Below, in pieces: positions 8,273 to 18,861 of a DNA stretch of 64,000 nucleotides. Source of the DNA: Candidatus Parcubacteria bacterium (GTDB taxonomy: Bacteria; Patescibacteriota; Minisyncoccia; Phycocordibacterales; PALSA-1337); assembly GCA_039799225.1 (NCBI GenBank), contig JBDLTF010000001.1:42488-106487 (forward strand). The letters are read 5' to 3'. Made by a program: the position numbers and the translations under genes. The notes below the pieces were generated by a model, which was not told the origin of the DNA, searched no databases, and saw only the letters and a list, made by a program, of their open reading frames with translations. The stretch's first letter is position 1. Every line of letters starts with the position of its first letter.

Positions 8273-10483
8273 ATGAATAAGAAAGAATACTCGATCGAGC
8301 TCGGCGGCAAGACGCTCACAGCGGAATTCAATGATCTCGCGGAGAATGCTGATGGATCCGTCATGGTCCGCTATGGCAACACCGTTGTGCTCGCTACTGC
8401 AGTCATGGGCAAACTGAAGGAAGGTGACTTCTTCCCGCTCACTGTCGACTATGAGGAGCGCTTCTACGCAACTGGAAAAATTCTCGGCTCACGATTTGTT
8501 CGCAGGGAAGGGAGGCCATCGACCGAAGCGATTCTTTCTGGTCGCATTGTTGACCGCACTATCCGTCCTCTTTTCAATCAGCACATGCGCAATGAGGTGC
8601 AGGTCATCATTACAACGCTCTCAATAGATCAGGATGATCCTGATGTAGTCTCCGTTATCGCCACATCACTTGCACTGGGAACTTCAAATATTCCTTGGAA
8701 TGGTCCTGTCTCTGCAGTTCGCGTCGCACGTGATGGTAAATGGCTCATCAATCCTGATTTCAAGGCGCGCGAAGAAGCAGGAGTCGTACTCGAGATGGTC
8801 GCGTGTGGAAAAGATGGCACAATCAACATGATTGAGGTCGCTTCGAAAGAAGTCGACGAAGAATCTATGAATGAAGGTCTTGCCAAAGCTTCAGCTGAGA
8901 TCGAGAAGATTCAAGCATGGCAAAAGAAGATCATTGCGGAAATCGGCAAACCCAAGACTGAAGTACAGCTTCCTGAAGCTACACCAGGCACAAAAGAGTT
9001 GTTTCACGCTGAGATTGAGCCAAAATTGGCACAGTATGTCATGAGCTCGACGCCAGGACACAAGAAGATCAATGAGATTAACAAGATGTGGACCGACCTC
9101 TTCACTGAAAAAATCCCTGCGGGCAACCATGCAATGGCACAAGAGGTATTCGAGGAAGCTGTTAATGATCTTCTACATACTGAAGCAATAGAGAACGGAA
9201 AACGCGCCGATGGTCGTGGTATGGATGATGTTCGCTCACTCTTCGCACAGGCAGGTGGTGTTTCACCAATTCTTCACGGATCCGGTATCTTCTACCGTGG
9301 AGGTACTCACATTCTCTCAACACTCACACTCGGTAGTCCCGGAGATGCACAAGTCATCGATGCACTCATCGAGCACGAAGATAAGCGCTTCATGCACCAC
9401 TACAATTTCCCGCCATTCTCTACCGGCGAGACAGGTAGAGTTGGTGGGACCAATCGTCGCATGATCGGACATGGAGCTCTCGCTGAGAAAGCGCTCTTGC
9501 CAATTATTCCTGCAAAAGATGTCTTCCCGTATACCATTCGTCTCGTCTCAGAAGCGATGTCATCGAATGGATCAACTTCGATGGGTTCAGTCTGCGGATC
9601 GACGCTCGCGCTCATGGATGGGGGAGTTCCTATCAAAGCTCCGGTTGCAGGAATTGCGAGCGGCCTTATGATGCGCCCGAAAAAAGGCGGGCAATCATTC
9701 TTGAAGGGTTTACTCGGTGGTGCAGATTATGAATACAAAGTCCTCACTGATATTCAGGGACCAGAAGATCACCACGGCGACATGGATTTCAAAGTCGCAG
9801 GAACTCGCGAGGGAATTACGGCCGTGCAGATGGATGTGAAGGTTGGCGGCATTCCGCTCAAAGTTATTTCTGAAGCATTTGAAAAGGCCAAGGTTGCACG
9901 CTTCAAGATTCTCGATGTTATCGAGAAGGCCATAGCCACACCACGCACGAAGATATCTCCGAATGCGCCCGAAATTATTGTCATGAAGGTGAAGCCTGAC
10001 CAAATCGGCCTTGTTATTGGTTCAGGAGGAAAAACTATCAATGAGATTCGCGACGTCACACATGTCGAAGACATCACTATTGAAGACGATGGATCTATCT
10101 TCATTACTGGCAAGAATGAGACCGCTGCAAAAGCAAAAGAGATTATCTACAACATGACCCGCGAATATATGCCGGGGGAGAAATTCGAAGGGGAAGTGAC
10201 GCGTCTCATGGAATTTGGCGCATTCGTGAAAATCGGCCCGAATGCAGAAGGACTTGTACATGTATCGGAAATGGCTCCATTCCGCGTCGAGAATGTCGAA
10301 ACATACGTGAAAGAAGGTGACAAAGTTCCTGTCGTCGTCAAAGAAGTCGACGAGAAAGGACGTCTCAACCTCTCAATCAAGGCGGCAAATCCTGATTTCT
10401 TCACCAAGAAAGAAGAAGTCCCCAAGCCACCTCGACCACCGCATGCCGCAGGAGGACACCGTGGACCACATAAGAGATTCTAA
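8273..10483 (+). CDS. pnp: Polyribonucleotide nucleotidyltransferase
   Basis: FFPLTVDYEE, RRMIGHG, SNGSTSMGS, GDMDFKVAG, KH and S1 domains. Confidence 0.98.
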   Translation: MNKKEYSIELGGKTLTAEFNDLAENADGSVMVRYGNTVVLATAVMGKLKEGDFFPLTVDYEERFYATGKILGSRFVRREGRPSTEAILSGRIVDRTIRPLFNQHMRNEVQVIITTLSIDQDDPDVVSVIATSLALGTSNIPWNGPVSAVRVARDGKWLINPDFKAREEAGVVLEMVACGKDGTINMIEVASKEVDEESMNEGLAKASAEIEKIQAWQKKIIAEIGKPKTEVQLPEATPGTKELFHAEIEPKLAQYVMSSTPGHKKINEINKMWTDLFTEKIPAGNHAMAQEVFEEAVNDLLHTEAIENGKRADGRGMDDVRSLFAQAGGVSPILHGSGIFYRGGTHILSTLTLGSPGDAQVIDALIEHEDKRFMHHYNFPPFSTGETGRVGGTNRRMIGHGALAEKALLPIIPAKDVFPYTIRLVSEAMSSNGSTSMGSVCGSTLALMDGGVPIKAPVAGIASGLMMRPKKGGQSFLKGLLGGADYEYKVLTDIQGPEDHHGDMDFKVAGTREGITAVQMDVKVGGIPLKVISEAFEKAKVARFKILDVIEKAIATPRTKISPNAPEIIVMKVKPDQIGLVIGSGGKTINEIRDVTHVEDITIEDDGSIFITGKNETAAKAKEIIYNMTREYMPGEKFEGEVTRLMEFGAFVKIGPNAEGLVHVSEMAPFRVENVETYVKEGDKVPVVVKEVDEKGRLNLSIKAANPDFFTKKEEVPKPPRPPHAAGGHRGPHKRF

Positions 10484-10564
10484 ATACCCTATAAATAATC
10501 CTCCGGCAACGGGGGATTATTTATACCTGTCACTAATCTGCAAACTCCTGTTATAATATGAGTA

Positions 10565-12688
10565 ATGAACGACGATCTTCTCACGCCGAAGCCGCAACCG
10601 ACTCCTGCAGAGCCTGACGCCGCACCTGCACCAAATGATACCGAGGAACAAGACACGGTAAGTGACCGAGTTTTCGATTTTACCGATGGAGACATCAAGC
10701 CAGTAAGTGAACTCGATGGCCCAGTCACTCATAAGGTTAACCTCGAAATTGCTGAGGCTCTAAGGAATCCGTCTGCGATTATGAACAGTATGAAGACGGG
10801 CATATCCGTACCAGCCCCTCGACCTGCGACTATTCCTGTCCGCGATCCAATCAACAAACTTGAAGCAGTACTACCACCACCTGTACCTGCAGTTCCAAAA
10901 CCAATTCCTCATCCGCCGATAGATCTTACTATGCAAGCTCCTGCAGTGAAGGTGTACTCACAGATTCCACATGCTCCAACAACGCCACCTCCGGCACCAA
11001 TATCTGCTGTACCTCAACCTGTTTCGAAATTTGTAACCGAAGCTTCTTCTTTCCCAAAAATGCCTGTCGAACCTGCAATTCCTTCGACCCAAAAGACTTC
11101 TGACAACCCTGCTTCAGCCGCAGAATTACAAGAGATCCTCAAGAAGGTACATAGTCAGACCCAAGCAGCTCCGCCGACTATCAGAGAAAACTTGCTCGAC
11201 AAAAATATAGGAAGTCTCGATGCGACCCCGTTTGCCGCACCAACAACTCAACCATCACCTATACCTTCAGCAAATCTGTCTTCTCCGATGAATGCACCAT
11301 CACCGGTCAGTATTCCTGTTTCACAGAAGATACCTGCAATAGATCGCATACAGAGTTCTATACCAAACCCAATAACCAGTGGACCTCAACTCGTACAGAA
11401 TGCACCTGTTCCAATACCTCTCAAAGATATACCCGAATCAATCAACAAAGCACGAACTTCTCCATACAATGCTCCATCGAAGGTAATCGGGGCACGATTG
11501 TCAGACTACACCGCAGATCCTGTCGCTCCAGCTAAGTCACAGAGCTTGCAAGACGCTATCAGTGGTGTACTTCCTGGCGACAAACCTGCTGCGCCGAAGC
11601 CATTCCAAAACCAAGATAGTCCTTTCAAACCTATACGCACATACGAAGGTGACGTCGCTGAAGTCATGTCGCATCGCAGACCATCGACCGCATCAATAGC
11701 AATCGCCGAGGCCAAGAAGGTAGAGGGGGAAGAGCGTATATCGAATGACACTGGACCAAAAAAGGATTCTCAGCTCGTACTCAAGCTCGTCATGGCTTTA
11801 CTCATACTCATACTCTTGGGTGGAGGAGCGTTCGCGGGATATTATTTGTATAGCAAGAGTCCTCTAGCTACTAGTGTTTCAAAAACCCCTGTTCAAGCAT
11901 CTGGCAGGCCTGGAATTGTCCGTGCAGATAGTTATGCAGTGATTCCTATCGACAACCAGCTTCCAACAACTCTACTCTCGCGTATCCGCACTGAAGCGGC
12001 AAAAGAACAAACTCCGGGAACAATCAAGGAGATTATTCTTGCGCGTAAGACAGCTTCTTCGAATGCAGCCACCTTCACACAGATAAGCGCTCCTGAAGCT
12101 ATCTCCGGATTGGATATATCCGTCCCTGACATATTGAAGCGCACCATCACCAATGATTGGATGCTCGGTGTCTATACGAGCCCCACAAATGAAAAGGGAG
12201 CTTTCGCAATTGTCACCACGAACTTCTTCCAGAACGCCTTCGCTGGAATGCTTCAGTGGGAAGCAACTATAGCTGACGACCTCAAACAATTTATATATCC
12301 TTCGAACGTCGCAGGTATAGCAAACTCACGAGATACGAACGTTGCAAGCCCAACCATTGATCTTGAATCGTTGCTACCATCTATCGTACCCGCATCCACA
12401 AGCGCAATTTCCTTGGGCTCAACAACTATTTCACGCTCATCTGCCACATCGACTGCAACTTCAACAATCATCGAGGTTGTAGCTCCACTCAGACCTTACT
12501 TCACACTCCGGGGAACCTTCGAAGACCGTATTATCAAGAACAAGGATGTCCGCGCTTTCCGAACAGAAAATGGATCCATCCTCTTCCTTTATTCATTTAT
12601 AGACAATGCACACCTCGCTTTGGCAAGTGATGAAGCGACTCTTATTGAAGTCTTGACCCGCCTTGAAAGACAGTCTTTGATACGGTAG
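10565..12688 (+). CDS. Large proline-rich single-pass membrane protein
   Basis: ~400-aa Pro-rich N-terminus, TM LVMALLILILLGGGAFAGYYLY, folded C-terminal part. Confidence 0.8.
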   Translation: MNDDLLTPKPQPTPAEPDAAPAPNDTEEQDTVSDRVFDFTDGDIKPVSELDGPVTHKVNLEIAEALRNPSAIMNSMKTGISVPAPRPATIPVRDPINKLEAVLPPPVPAVPKPIPHPPIDLTMQAPAVKVYSQIPHAPTTPPPAPISAVPQPVSKFVTEASSFPKMPVEPAIPSTQKTSDNPASAAELQEILKKVHSQTQAAPPTIRENLLDKNIGSLDATPFAAPTTQPSPIPSANLSSPMNAPSPVSIPVSQKIPAIDRIQSSIPNPITSGPQLVQNAPVPIPLKDIPESINKARTSPYNAPSKVIGARLSDYTADPVAPAKSQSLQDAISGVLPGDKPAAPKPFQNQDSPFKPIRTYEGDVAEVMSHRRPSTASIAIAEAKKVEGEERISNDTGPKKDSQLVLKLVMALLILILLGGGAFAGYYLYSKSPLATSVSKTPVQASGRPGIVRADSYAVIPIDNQLPTTLLSRIRTEAAKEQTPGTIKEIILARKTASSNAATFTQISAPEAISGLDISVPDILKRTITNDWMLGVYTSPTNEKGAFAIVTTNFFQNAFAGMLQWEATIADDLKQFIYPSNVAGIANSRDTNVASPTIDLESLLPSIVPASTSAISLGSTTISRSSATSTATSTIIEVVAPLRPYFTLRGTFEDRIIKNKDVRAFRTENGSILFLYSFIDNAHLALASDEATLIEVLTRLERQSLIR

Positions 12689-12697
12689 TATAGTGTC

Positions 12698-13057
12698 ATG
12701 AACAAGAAAGATACTGAGCAATTCAAGAAGAAACTTCTCGCCGAAAAGGCGGAGCTCGAAAGTGAGCTTGGGAGCATCGGACGTAAATCACCTGGTACAG
12801 GAGGGTGGGAAGCTACCCCTGGAGACATGCAGGTTGATCCGGCTGATGAGAACGAGGTCGCTGATAAGCTCGAGGAACTCGAGGAGAATACCGGCATCGT
12901 TAGCCAGCTCGATAAGCAGCTGAGCGAAATAGAAGCCGCTCTCGATCGTATTGAGAAGGGGACATACGGAACTTGTGAGACTTGCGGTAAGCCTATAGAA
13001 ATTGAGCGCTTGGAAGCAAACCCTTCCGCACGAGCCTCGATCAAACACTCCCACTAG
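12698..13057 (+). CDS. TraR/DksA family transcription factor
   Basis: Coiled coil, ALDRIEKGTYGTCETCGKPIEIERLEANP. Confidence 0.88.
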   Translation: MNKKDTEQFKKKLLAEKAELESELGSIGRKSPGTGGWEATPGDMQVDPADENEVADKLEELEENTGIVSQLDKQLSEIEAALDRIEKGTYGTCETCGKPIEIERLEANPSARASIKHSH

Positions 13058-13135
13058 GGAGTGTTTTCGCATCTCATCACAATTTCTCTATCGTTTCCTC
13101 ATTATTTCTTCATTTGAGATTGCTATGCTCAAGGG

Positions 13136-14665
13136 ATGAGTATAGCAAGATCATATAGCGCGCAACTTTCTGGTTTGCGCACCGAGATAGTCACGATAGA
13201 GGTCGATATATCGAACGGCCTGCACAATTTTTCCGTGGTCGGACTCGGCGATCGAGCAGTGGAAGAATCCAAAGATCGTATATCAGCCGCGATAAAAAAT
13301 ATCGGCTTCGTATCTCCGAAACAGAAAAATCAAAAAGTAGTGATATCTCTCGCACCTGCCCATGTGCGCAAAGAAGGTCCTTCGTTTGATCTCGCCATGG
13401 CGCTCGCGTATCTTCACGCCTCAGGGGACATCGAGCTTGATGCAGACAACAAGCTCTTCTTGGGAGAGTTATCGCTTGATGGAAAGATCAGGAAAATTGG
13501 CGGGGTACTACCGATACTCTGCCAAGCACCAGCTCATGGGTATACATCTGCATTCATACCCAAAGAAGACGAGGTTGAGGCTTCTCTCGCGCAAAACATA
13601 ACCATCTATGCGGTATCTCACATCAAAGAGATCATAGATCATATGACAGGAACTATACATCTCACGCCAATAGGCACTTCTTCGGTGAATGTTGATACAA
13701 CGGAGTCCAACCATGACATACCTGATATGCACTCCATACGCGGCAATGAAGCTGCGAAAAGAGGTCTCGAGATTGCTGCCGCAGGAGCTCACAATATTAT
13801 TCTATATGGACCTCCTGGCACAGGGAAGACAATGCTCGCTAACGGATTCAGATCCATCATGCCACCACTTTCGTATGAGCAATCTCTCGAGGTTACTAGT
13901 ATATATTCAGCAGCAGGTGAACTGAAGGATGGTAGACTGGTCACCAATCCTCCATTTCGTGCTCCACATCATACAGCCTCATATCCAGCCGTCGTTGGAG
14001 GAGGAAGTTTTCCTCGGCCAGGCGAAGTCACTTTGGCTCATCGTGGCATACTTTTCCTTGATGAATTCCCAGAATTTGACCGAAGCGTCATAGAAGCACT
14101 TCGCCAACCACTCGAGGACCGTTCAATAACTATTTCTCGTGCCCGAGGTATCGTCACATTCCCCGCACAGTGCATACTTATCGCATCAATGAATCCCTGT
14201 CCGTGTGGACTCGGTAAGGAACGAGGGTGTACTTGTCCCGAACATATATTCCGATCATATCGCCGGAGACTGTCGGGACCAATCATGGATCGTATAGATA
14301 TATGGTCGACTGTCGATAAGATTGATTATGATAAGTTGGCTGCTCGAGAATCAGAGTCGGAAGATTCTACAACGATAAGAAAACGGGTTATTGCCGCTCG
14401 TATGCGACAGAAGGCTAGATTTGAGAAAAGTGGACTGACGATTCACTATAACAGCGAAATGGGAGCTGATGATATAGAAAAATGCATAAACATAACTGAT
14501 GATGCCCGAGAATCATTGAAGAATTCTGCAGAGAGGCTCGGAATATCCGGCAGGGCATTCCACCGGACAATCAAAGTTGCTCAAACTATAGCGGATCTCA
14601 CCGGCTCAGATACTATCGAGCGGACACATATCCTTGAGGCACTACAGTATAGAGAAAAATCCTGA
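13136..14665 (+). CDS. comM: YifB/ComM Mg-chelatase-like AAA+ ATPase
   Basis: GPPGTGKTMLA, PFRAPHHTAS, LFLDEFPEF, MNPCPCG. Confidence 0.93.
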   Translation: MSIARSYSAQLSGLRTEIVTIEVDISNGLHNFSVVGLGDRAVEESKDRISAAIKNIGFVSPKQKNQKVVISLAPAHVRKEGPSFDLAMALAYLHASGDIELDADNKLFLGELSLDGKIRKIGGVLPILCQAPAHGYTSAFIPKEDEVEASLAQNITIYAVSHIKEIIDHMTGTIHLTPIGTSSVNVDTTESNHDIPDMHSIRGNEAAKRGLEIAAAGAHNIILYGPPGTGKTMLANGFRSIMPPLSYEQSLEVTSIYSAAGELKDGRLVTNPPFRAPHHTASYPAVVGGGSFPRPGEVTLAHRGILFLDEFPEFDRSVIEALRQPLEDRSITISRARGIVTFPAQCILIASMNPCPCGLGKERGCTCPEHIFRSYRRRLSGPIMDRIDIWSTVDKIDYDKLAARESESEDSTTIRKRVIAARMRQKARFEKSGLTIHYNSEMGADDIEKCINITDDARESLKNSAERLGISGRAFHRTIKVAQTIADLTGSDTIERTHILEALQYREKS

Positions 14666-14701
14666 GAGGGTAGCTCTCAGGATTTTTGGTCAAAATATAT
14701 A

Positions 14702-15772
14702 TTAGAAAGGATTTTTCGCGCCGCGAATCTCGAAATGGAGGTGGACACCGGTGACTCCTTGAACTTTTCCTGTCGCACCCATAAGACCGATCTTCTGGCC
14801 TTGCTCGACATTCTGTCCTGCAAGAACGAGGTTCTTAGAAAGGTGTCCGTACACGGTCTGTGTACCGTTATCATGAGAAATAATGATGAGATTTCCATAA
14901 CCGCCATTCCATCCTCCGCTTGAGCTCAAAATTACCTTGCCAGCGGCAGCTGCATATATCGGTGCGCCCATATATGAGGCGAGGTCGACACCGTTATATC
15001 CATGAAGACCTTGTGTCTTGGTACCACCAGATATCGGACGAGTATAGTATCCTGCATAACTTGGACCATTAGTATCGTGCGCGGTATTTCCAGTCGCGAC
15101 ATACTTGGTCTGCACCAATGGTTGTTCTGCATCAGGAATGATGATGACCTGTCCTACAGAAAGCGTTGAACCGAGGGTGAGGTCGTTGTACTGCAACATT
15201 TCACCAACATCAGCCTTGTATTTGAGTGCGATTCCTTTGATAGTATCCCCCTTCTTCACTGCATAGTTGATACCAGTGACTGGCAAGATAACGAGTGTCT
15301 GTCCAGCACGGAGGGAAGTCGATCGAGTGATATCATTGGCCCACATAATTGTATTAACAGAAACATTGAACATGCCAGCAATACCTGAGAGGGTATCGCC
15401 CTCGCGGACGGTATAAAGACTAATCTGAGTATTTGCAGTACTACTCATAAACGAATCGGCAATTGCGACATCAGCGACAAGTGCATTACCTACGACAGGG
15501 ACCACTCCGACGGGCTTCTCTGGGTTCGGATCGATTGCATTGGCGGCCTGTAAGAGGGCAATTGTCTGGGAAGTCCTTCCTGTGGAGCTCTCAACTTTCG
15601 CCGAAACCTTCTCACTTCCGAAGAGAGAACTCATATACGAAACGAGACCCGCATGAGCGGTCTCAGAGAATGTGAATATGGATATGACCGAGATGCTAGC
15701 GATGACCGACCACAAGGTGGCGCGCTTTGCAAAAGATATATTTTGTGTCCTATTTTGTAAGTTATATTTCAT
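14702..15772 (-). CDS. LysM-repeat M23 family peptidase
   Basis: Two LysM domains (YTVREGDTL, YAVKKGDTI), HGYNGVD, YGHL, HLHFE. Confidence 0.93.
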   Translation of the reverse strand: MKYNLQNRTQNISFAKRATLWSVIASISVISIFTFSETAHAGLVSYMSSLFGSEKVSAKVESSTGRTSQTIALLQAANAIDPNPEKPVGVVPVVGNALVADVAIADSFMSSTANTQISLYTVREGDTLSGIAGMFNVSVNTIMWANDITRSTSLRAGQTLVILPVTGINYAVKKGDTIKGIALKYKADVGEMLQYNDLTLGSTLSVGQVIIIPDAEQPLVQTKYVATGNTAHDTNGPSYAGYYTRPISGGTKTQGLHGYNGVDLASYMGAPIYAAAAGKVILSSSGGWNGGYGNLIIISHDNGTQTVYGHLSKNLVLAGQNVEQGQKIGLMGATGKVQGVTGVHLHFEIRGAKNPF

Positions 15773-16070
15773 AACATTTGTATCATTTCCGCAAGATGTC
15801 CGCGTGACGGGGATTCAGATTATGATACAGACTCCTCAATAAATAAATGGCCTTGTTAAGCCATATTATTCCCTCTATAGAGAAAGGTACTTATCTAGGG
15901 TATCAGGTGCGGAAGTATTGTCAATGCAAGATATAAACAGTCATTTTATTGGACAAAATGTCAATTAATAGCGTGTGGTAATATTAGAAAAGTGCTCACG
16001 ACTTGGTCGAGGATGGTCACCGATTCGCATACCTCATCGAGGTTCATCTTTTGTATGGTAAACTTCCCCC

Positions 16071-18047
16071 ATGTCCACTCTCAATGACGCTCAACAACGC
16101 GCCGTCGACACCTTCGACGGCCCCGTCCTCATCATCGCTGGAGCTGGGGCAGGTAAGACACGGGTGATCACCCAACGCATCCTCAATCTGATCAAAAAAG
16201 GGGTTGCTCCGCACAATATTCTTGCTATCACCTTCACCAACAAGGCTGCAAAAGAGATGCGTGAACGTGTAAATCACCTTATTGAACAGGATGCGACCCT
16301 GAATGTACCTATTTCATTTCATGAACGACCATTTTTGAGCACATTTCATGCGCTTGGCGTCCATATCATCAGAGAAAACGCTGTTTTGCTCGGTTTAACT
16401 CGCCATTTCACCATCTGTGATCGTGGGGATTCCAAGCGCGCAGTAAAGGATGCCATGGAACAGTGTTCTATCGATCCGAAGAGATTCGACCCAGGAACCA
16501 TGCTCAATATGATATCTCGTGCAAAAGGGGATGGTATGAGTCGTCTAGAGTATGCAGACGCAGCCAATGATCATATGCAAGAAATGGTCGCTCAGGTCTG
16601 GGAGAAGTACGATGCAACCCTGCTCAAAGATAAATCTCTCGACTTTGATGACCTCCTGCTCAAAACCATGCAACTTCTTGCGAACAATCCTCAGGTACGC
16701 GCAAAATATCAGTCTATCTGGAAATATATTCATATCGATGAGTATCAAGACACAAATAAGGTGCAATACAGGATTGCAAAATACCTCGCCGAAAGGCACC
16801 ACAATATTTGCGTAGTGGGTGATGCGGACCAGAATATCTATAGCTGGAGAGGTGCGACCATCGAAAACATCTTGAATTTCGAGAAGGATTACCCAGAAAC
16901 GACCGTTATCGCACTCGAGAAGAATTATCGCTCAACCAAGACCATTCTCGCAGCTGCCAACAGTGTCATCGAGAAAAATCGTTTACGAAAGAAGAAAACT
17001 CTGTACACAGACAATGACGCGGGCGAGAAAATATCACTGAATGCCTCATATACTGAAGTCGATGAAGCGCGCAATATTGCAGACTCTGCGCGAAATATTA
17101 TTGAGAAGGGAACTTCCGCACGAGATATTGCCGTACTCTATCGCGCAAATTTCCAGTCACGAGCCATAGAAGAGGCATTCATCAAGAAAAATATCCCGTA
17201 CCAACTCCTCGGTGTGCGCTTCTTCGAAAGAAAAGAGGTTAAAGACGTGTTGTCATATATTCGCGCAGCGCTTAACAAGGAATCATGGGCTGATATAGGT
17301 AGAGTCATCAATACTCCCGCACGCGGAATAGGGAAGGTTTCCATCGTAAAAATCATGTCAGGAAGATCGGATTTGTTGCCGAGTGCTATGCGAGAAAAGT
17401 TGAGCTCGTTCTGGAAACTCTTGGAGGATATACGTCACGAAATCTATGAGAAGAAGCCTTCTGAGGCGGTGCGTTTCGTCATTCAAGAGACTGGTCTCGA
17501 GCGCATGCTCCGTGCAGGGGACGCAGAAGATGAAGAACGGTTGCTCAACATCCAAGAATTGGTATCTGTCGCGGCTCAATACGATGAATATGTCGCACCG
17601 GAACAACCTGCGGACGCAGTTACGGAAGAGAAGATACCTGCAGGCATCGAGGCTTTCCTTACAAATGCCGCGCTCGCGAGCGACCAAGATGATCTCGAGA
17701 AAGACCATGACGCCGTACGTCTCATGACTGTTCACGCCTCGAAAGGTCTCGAGTTTGACCACGTATTCATCGCCGGCCTTGAGCAGGACCTTTTCCCATT
17801 CAAGCATATGGACGATGAAGGTATGAGCGAATCAGAAAGCGAAGAGGAGCGCCGTCTCTTCTATGTCGCATTGACGCGCGCCCGCAAAAAGGTACATTTG
17901 AGTCATACGCTCATCCGCACCGTCTATGGTGCTCAGCGTGTGAATACCGCATCGGAATTTATCGGGGATATAGAGACATCTCTCATCGAAGACCAAGCTC
18001 CACCTGAGAAACCTTCAGGAGCAAAGGCACTCTTCATTGATTTTTAA
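16071..18047 (+). CDS. pcrA: UvrD/PcrA DNA helicase
   Basis: AGAGAGKT, DEYQDTN, VGDADQNIYSWRGA, MTVHASKGLEF, EERRLFYVALTRA. Confidence 0.95.
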   Translation: MSTLNDAQQRAVDTFDGPVLIIAGAGAGKTRVITQRILNLIKKGVAPHNILAITFTNKAAKEMRERVNHLIEQDATLNVPISFHERPFLSTFHALGVHIIRENAVLLGLTRHFTICDRGDSKRAVKDAMEQCSIDPKRFDPGTMLNMISRAKGDGMSRLEYADAANDHMQEMVAQVWEKYDATLLKDKSLDFDDLLLKTMQLLANNPQVRAKYQSIWKYIHIDEYQDTNKVQYRIAKYLAERHHNICVVGDADQNIYSWRGATIENILNFEKDYPETTVIALEKNYRSTKTILAAANSVIEKNRLRKKKTLYTDNDAGEKISLNASYTEVDEARNIADSARNIIEKGTSARDIAVLYRANFQSRAIEEAFIKKNIPYQLLGVRFFERKEVKDVLSYIRAALNKESWADIGRVINTPARGIGKVSIVKIMSGRSDLLPSAMREKLSSFWKLLEDIRHEIYEKKPSEAVRFVIQETGLERMLRAGDAEDEERLLNIQELVSVAAQYDEYVAPEQPADAVTEEKIPAGIEAFLTNAALASDQDDLEKDHDAVRLMTVHASKGLEFDHVFIAGLEQDLFPFKHMDDEGMSESESEEERRLFYVALTRARKKVHLSHTLIRTVYGAQRVNTASEFIGDIETSLIEDQAPPEKPSGAKALFIDF

Positions 18048-18049
18048 AC

Positions 18050-18847
18050 ATGAAACTATTCGCAAAAAAATCTCTCGGTCAACATTTCTTGAACTCAACA
18101 CATGTGCTTGAGCAAATTATCGCTGCCGCACAACTCGAAAAAGGGAAGCTGGTACTTGAGATAGGACCGGGAACCGGTGTTTTGACACGTGCTCTGTTGG
18201 CAGCAGGCATGAATGTCATCGCAGTCGAAAAGGATACACGCGCCATCGATGTACTCAAAGAAACATTCAAGGAAGAAATGTCTGTTGGAAAATTACATCT
18301 CATTGAAGGAGATATTCTTGAAATGACACCCGAGAAGCTGTCTGAAAATTCTTTGTTACCTTCTTCATACTCCCTTATAGCCAATATCCCTTACTACATA
18401 ACCGGAGCCATCCTCGAAAAATTCCTCGAACATGGTCCACGACCAGACAAGATGGTGCTCCTCGTGCAAAAAGAAGTTGCAGAGCGCATCGTCACGCGTG
18501 ATGGCAAAGAAAGTATCCTTTCAATATCGGTCAAAGCATTTGGTACACCGAAGCTTGTCGCAAAAGTTCCTCCAGGTGCATTCACACCTCCACCAACTGT
18601 CGATTCAGCAATACTCTCTATCACTGACATATCGGACAGACTCTTCACTGAGAAGAATGTTGATATATCGAAATTTTTCTCAATCGTAAAAGCGGGATTT
18701 GCTCACAAAAGAAAATTTGCTATTCGAAATGTTGAGACTGTTCTCGAGAGGGAAGTTGCCGAAGCTGTTTGGAAAAAAACGAATCTCGACCCGAAGATAC
18801 GCGCCGAGGATATCACCATATCAGACTGGCTCAATATCGCTTCGTGA
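18050..18847 (+). CDS. rsmA: 16S rRNA dimethyladenosine transferase
   Basis: KKSLGQHFL, LEIGPGTG, ANIPYYIT. Confidence 0.96.
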   Translation: MKLFAKKSLGQHFLNSTHVLEQIIAAAQLEKGKLVLEIGPGTGVLTRALLAAGMNVIAVEKDTRAIDVLKETFKEEMSVGKLHLIEGDILEMTPEKLSENSLLPSSYSLIANIPYYITGAILEKFLEHGPRPDKMVLLVQKEVAERIVTRDGKESILSISVKAFGTPKLVAKVPPGAFTPPPTVDSAILSITDISDRLFTEKNVDISKFFSIVKAGFAHKRKFAIRNVETVLEREVAEAVWKKTNLDPKIRAEDITISDWLNIAS

Positions 18848-18861
18848 TAGAATAGTGGTGC

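Noticed and set aside
15773-15900. c-di-AMP (ydaO) riboswitch before the M23 peptidase
   Set aside because: Only CTGAATCC matches; the other conserved segments and the required length are missing
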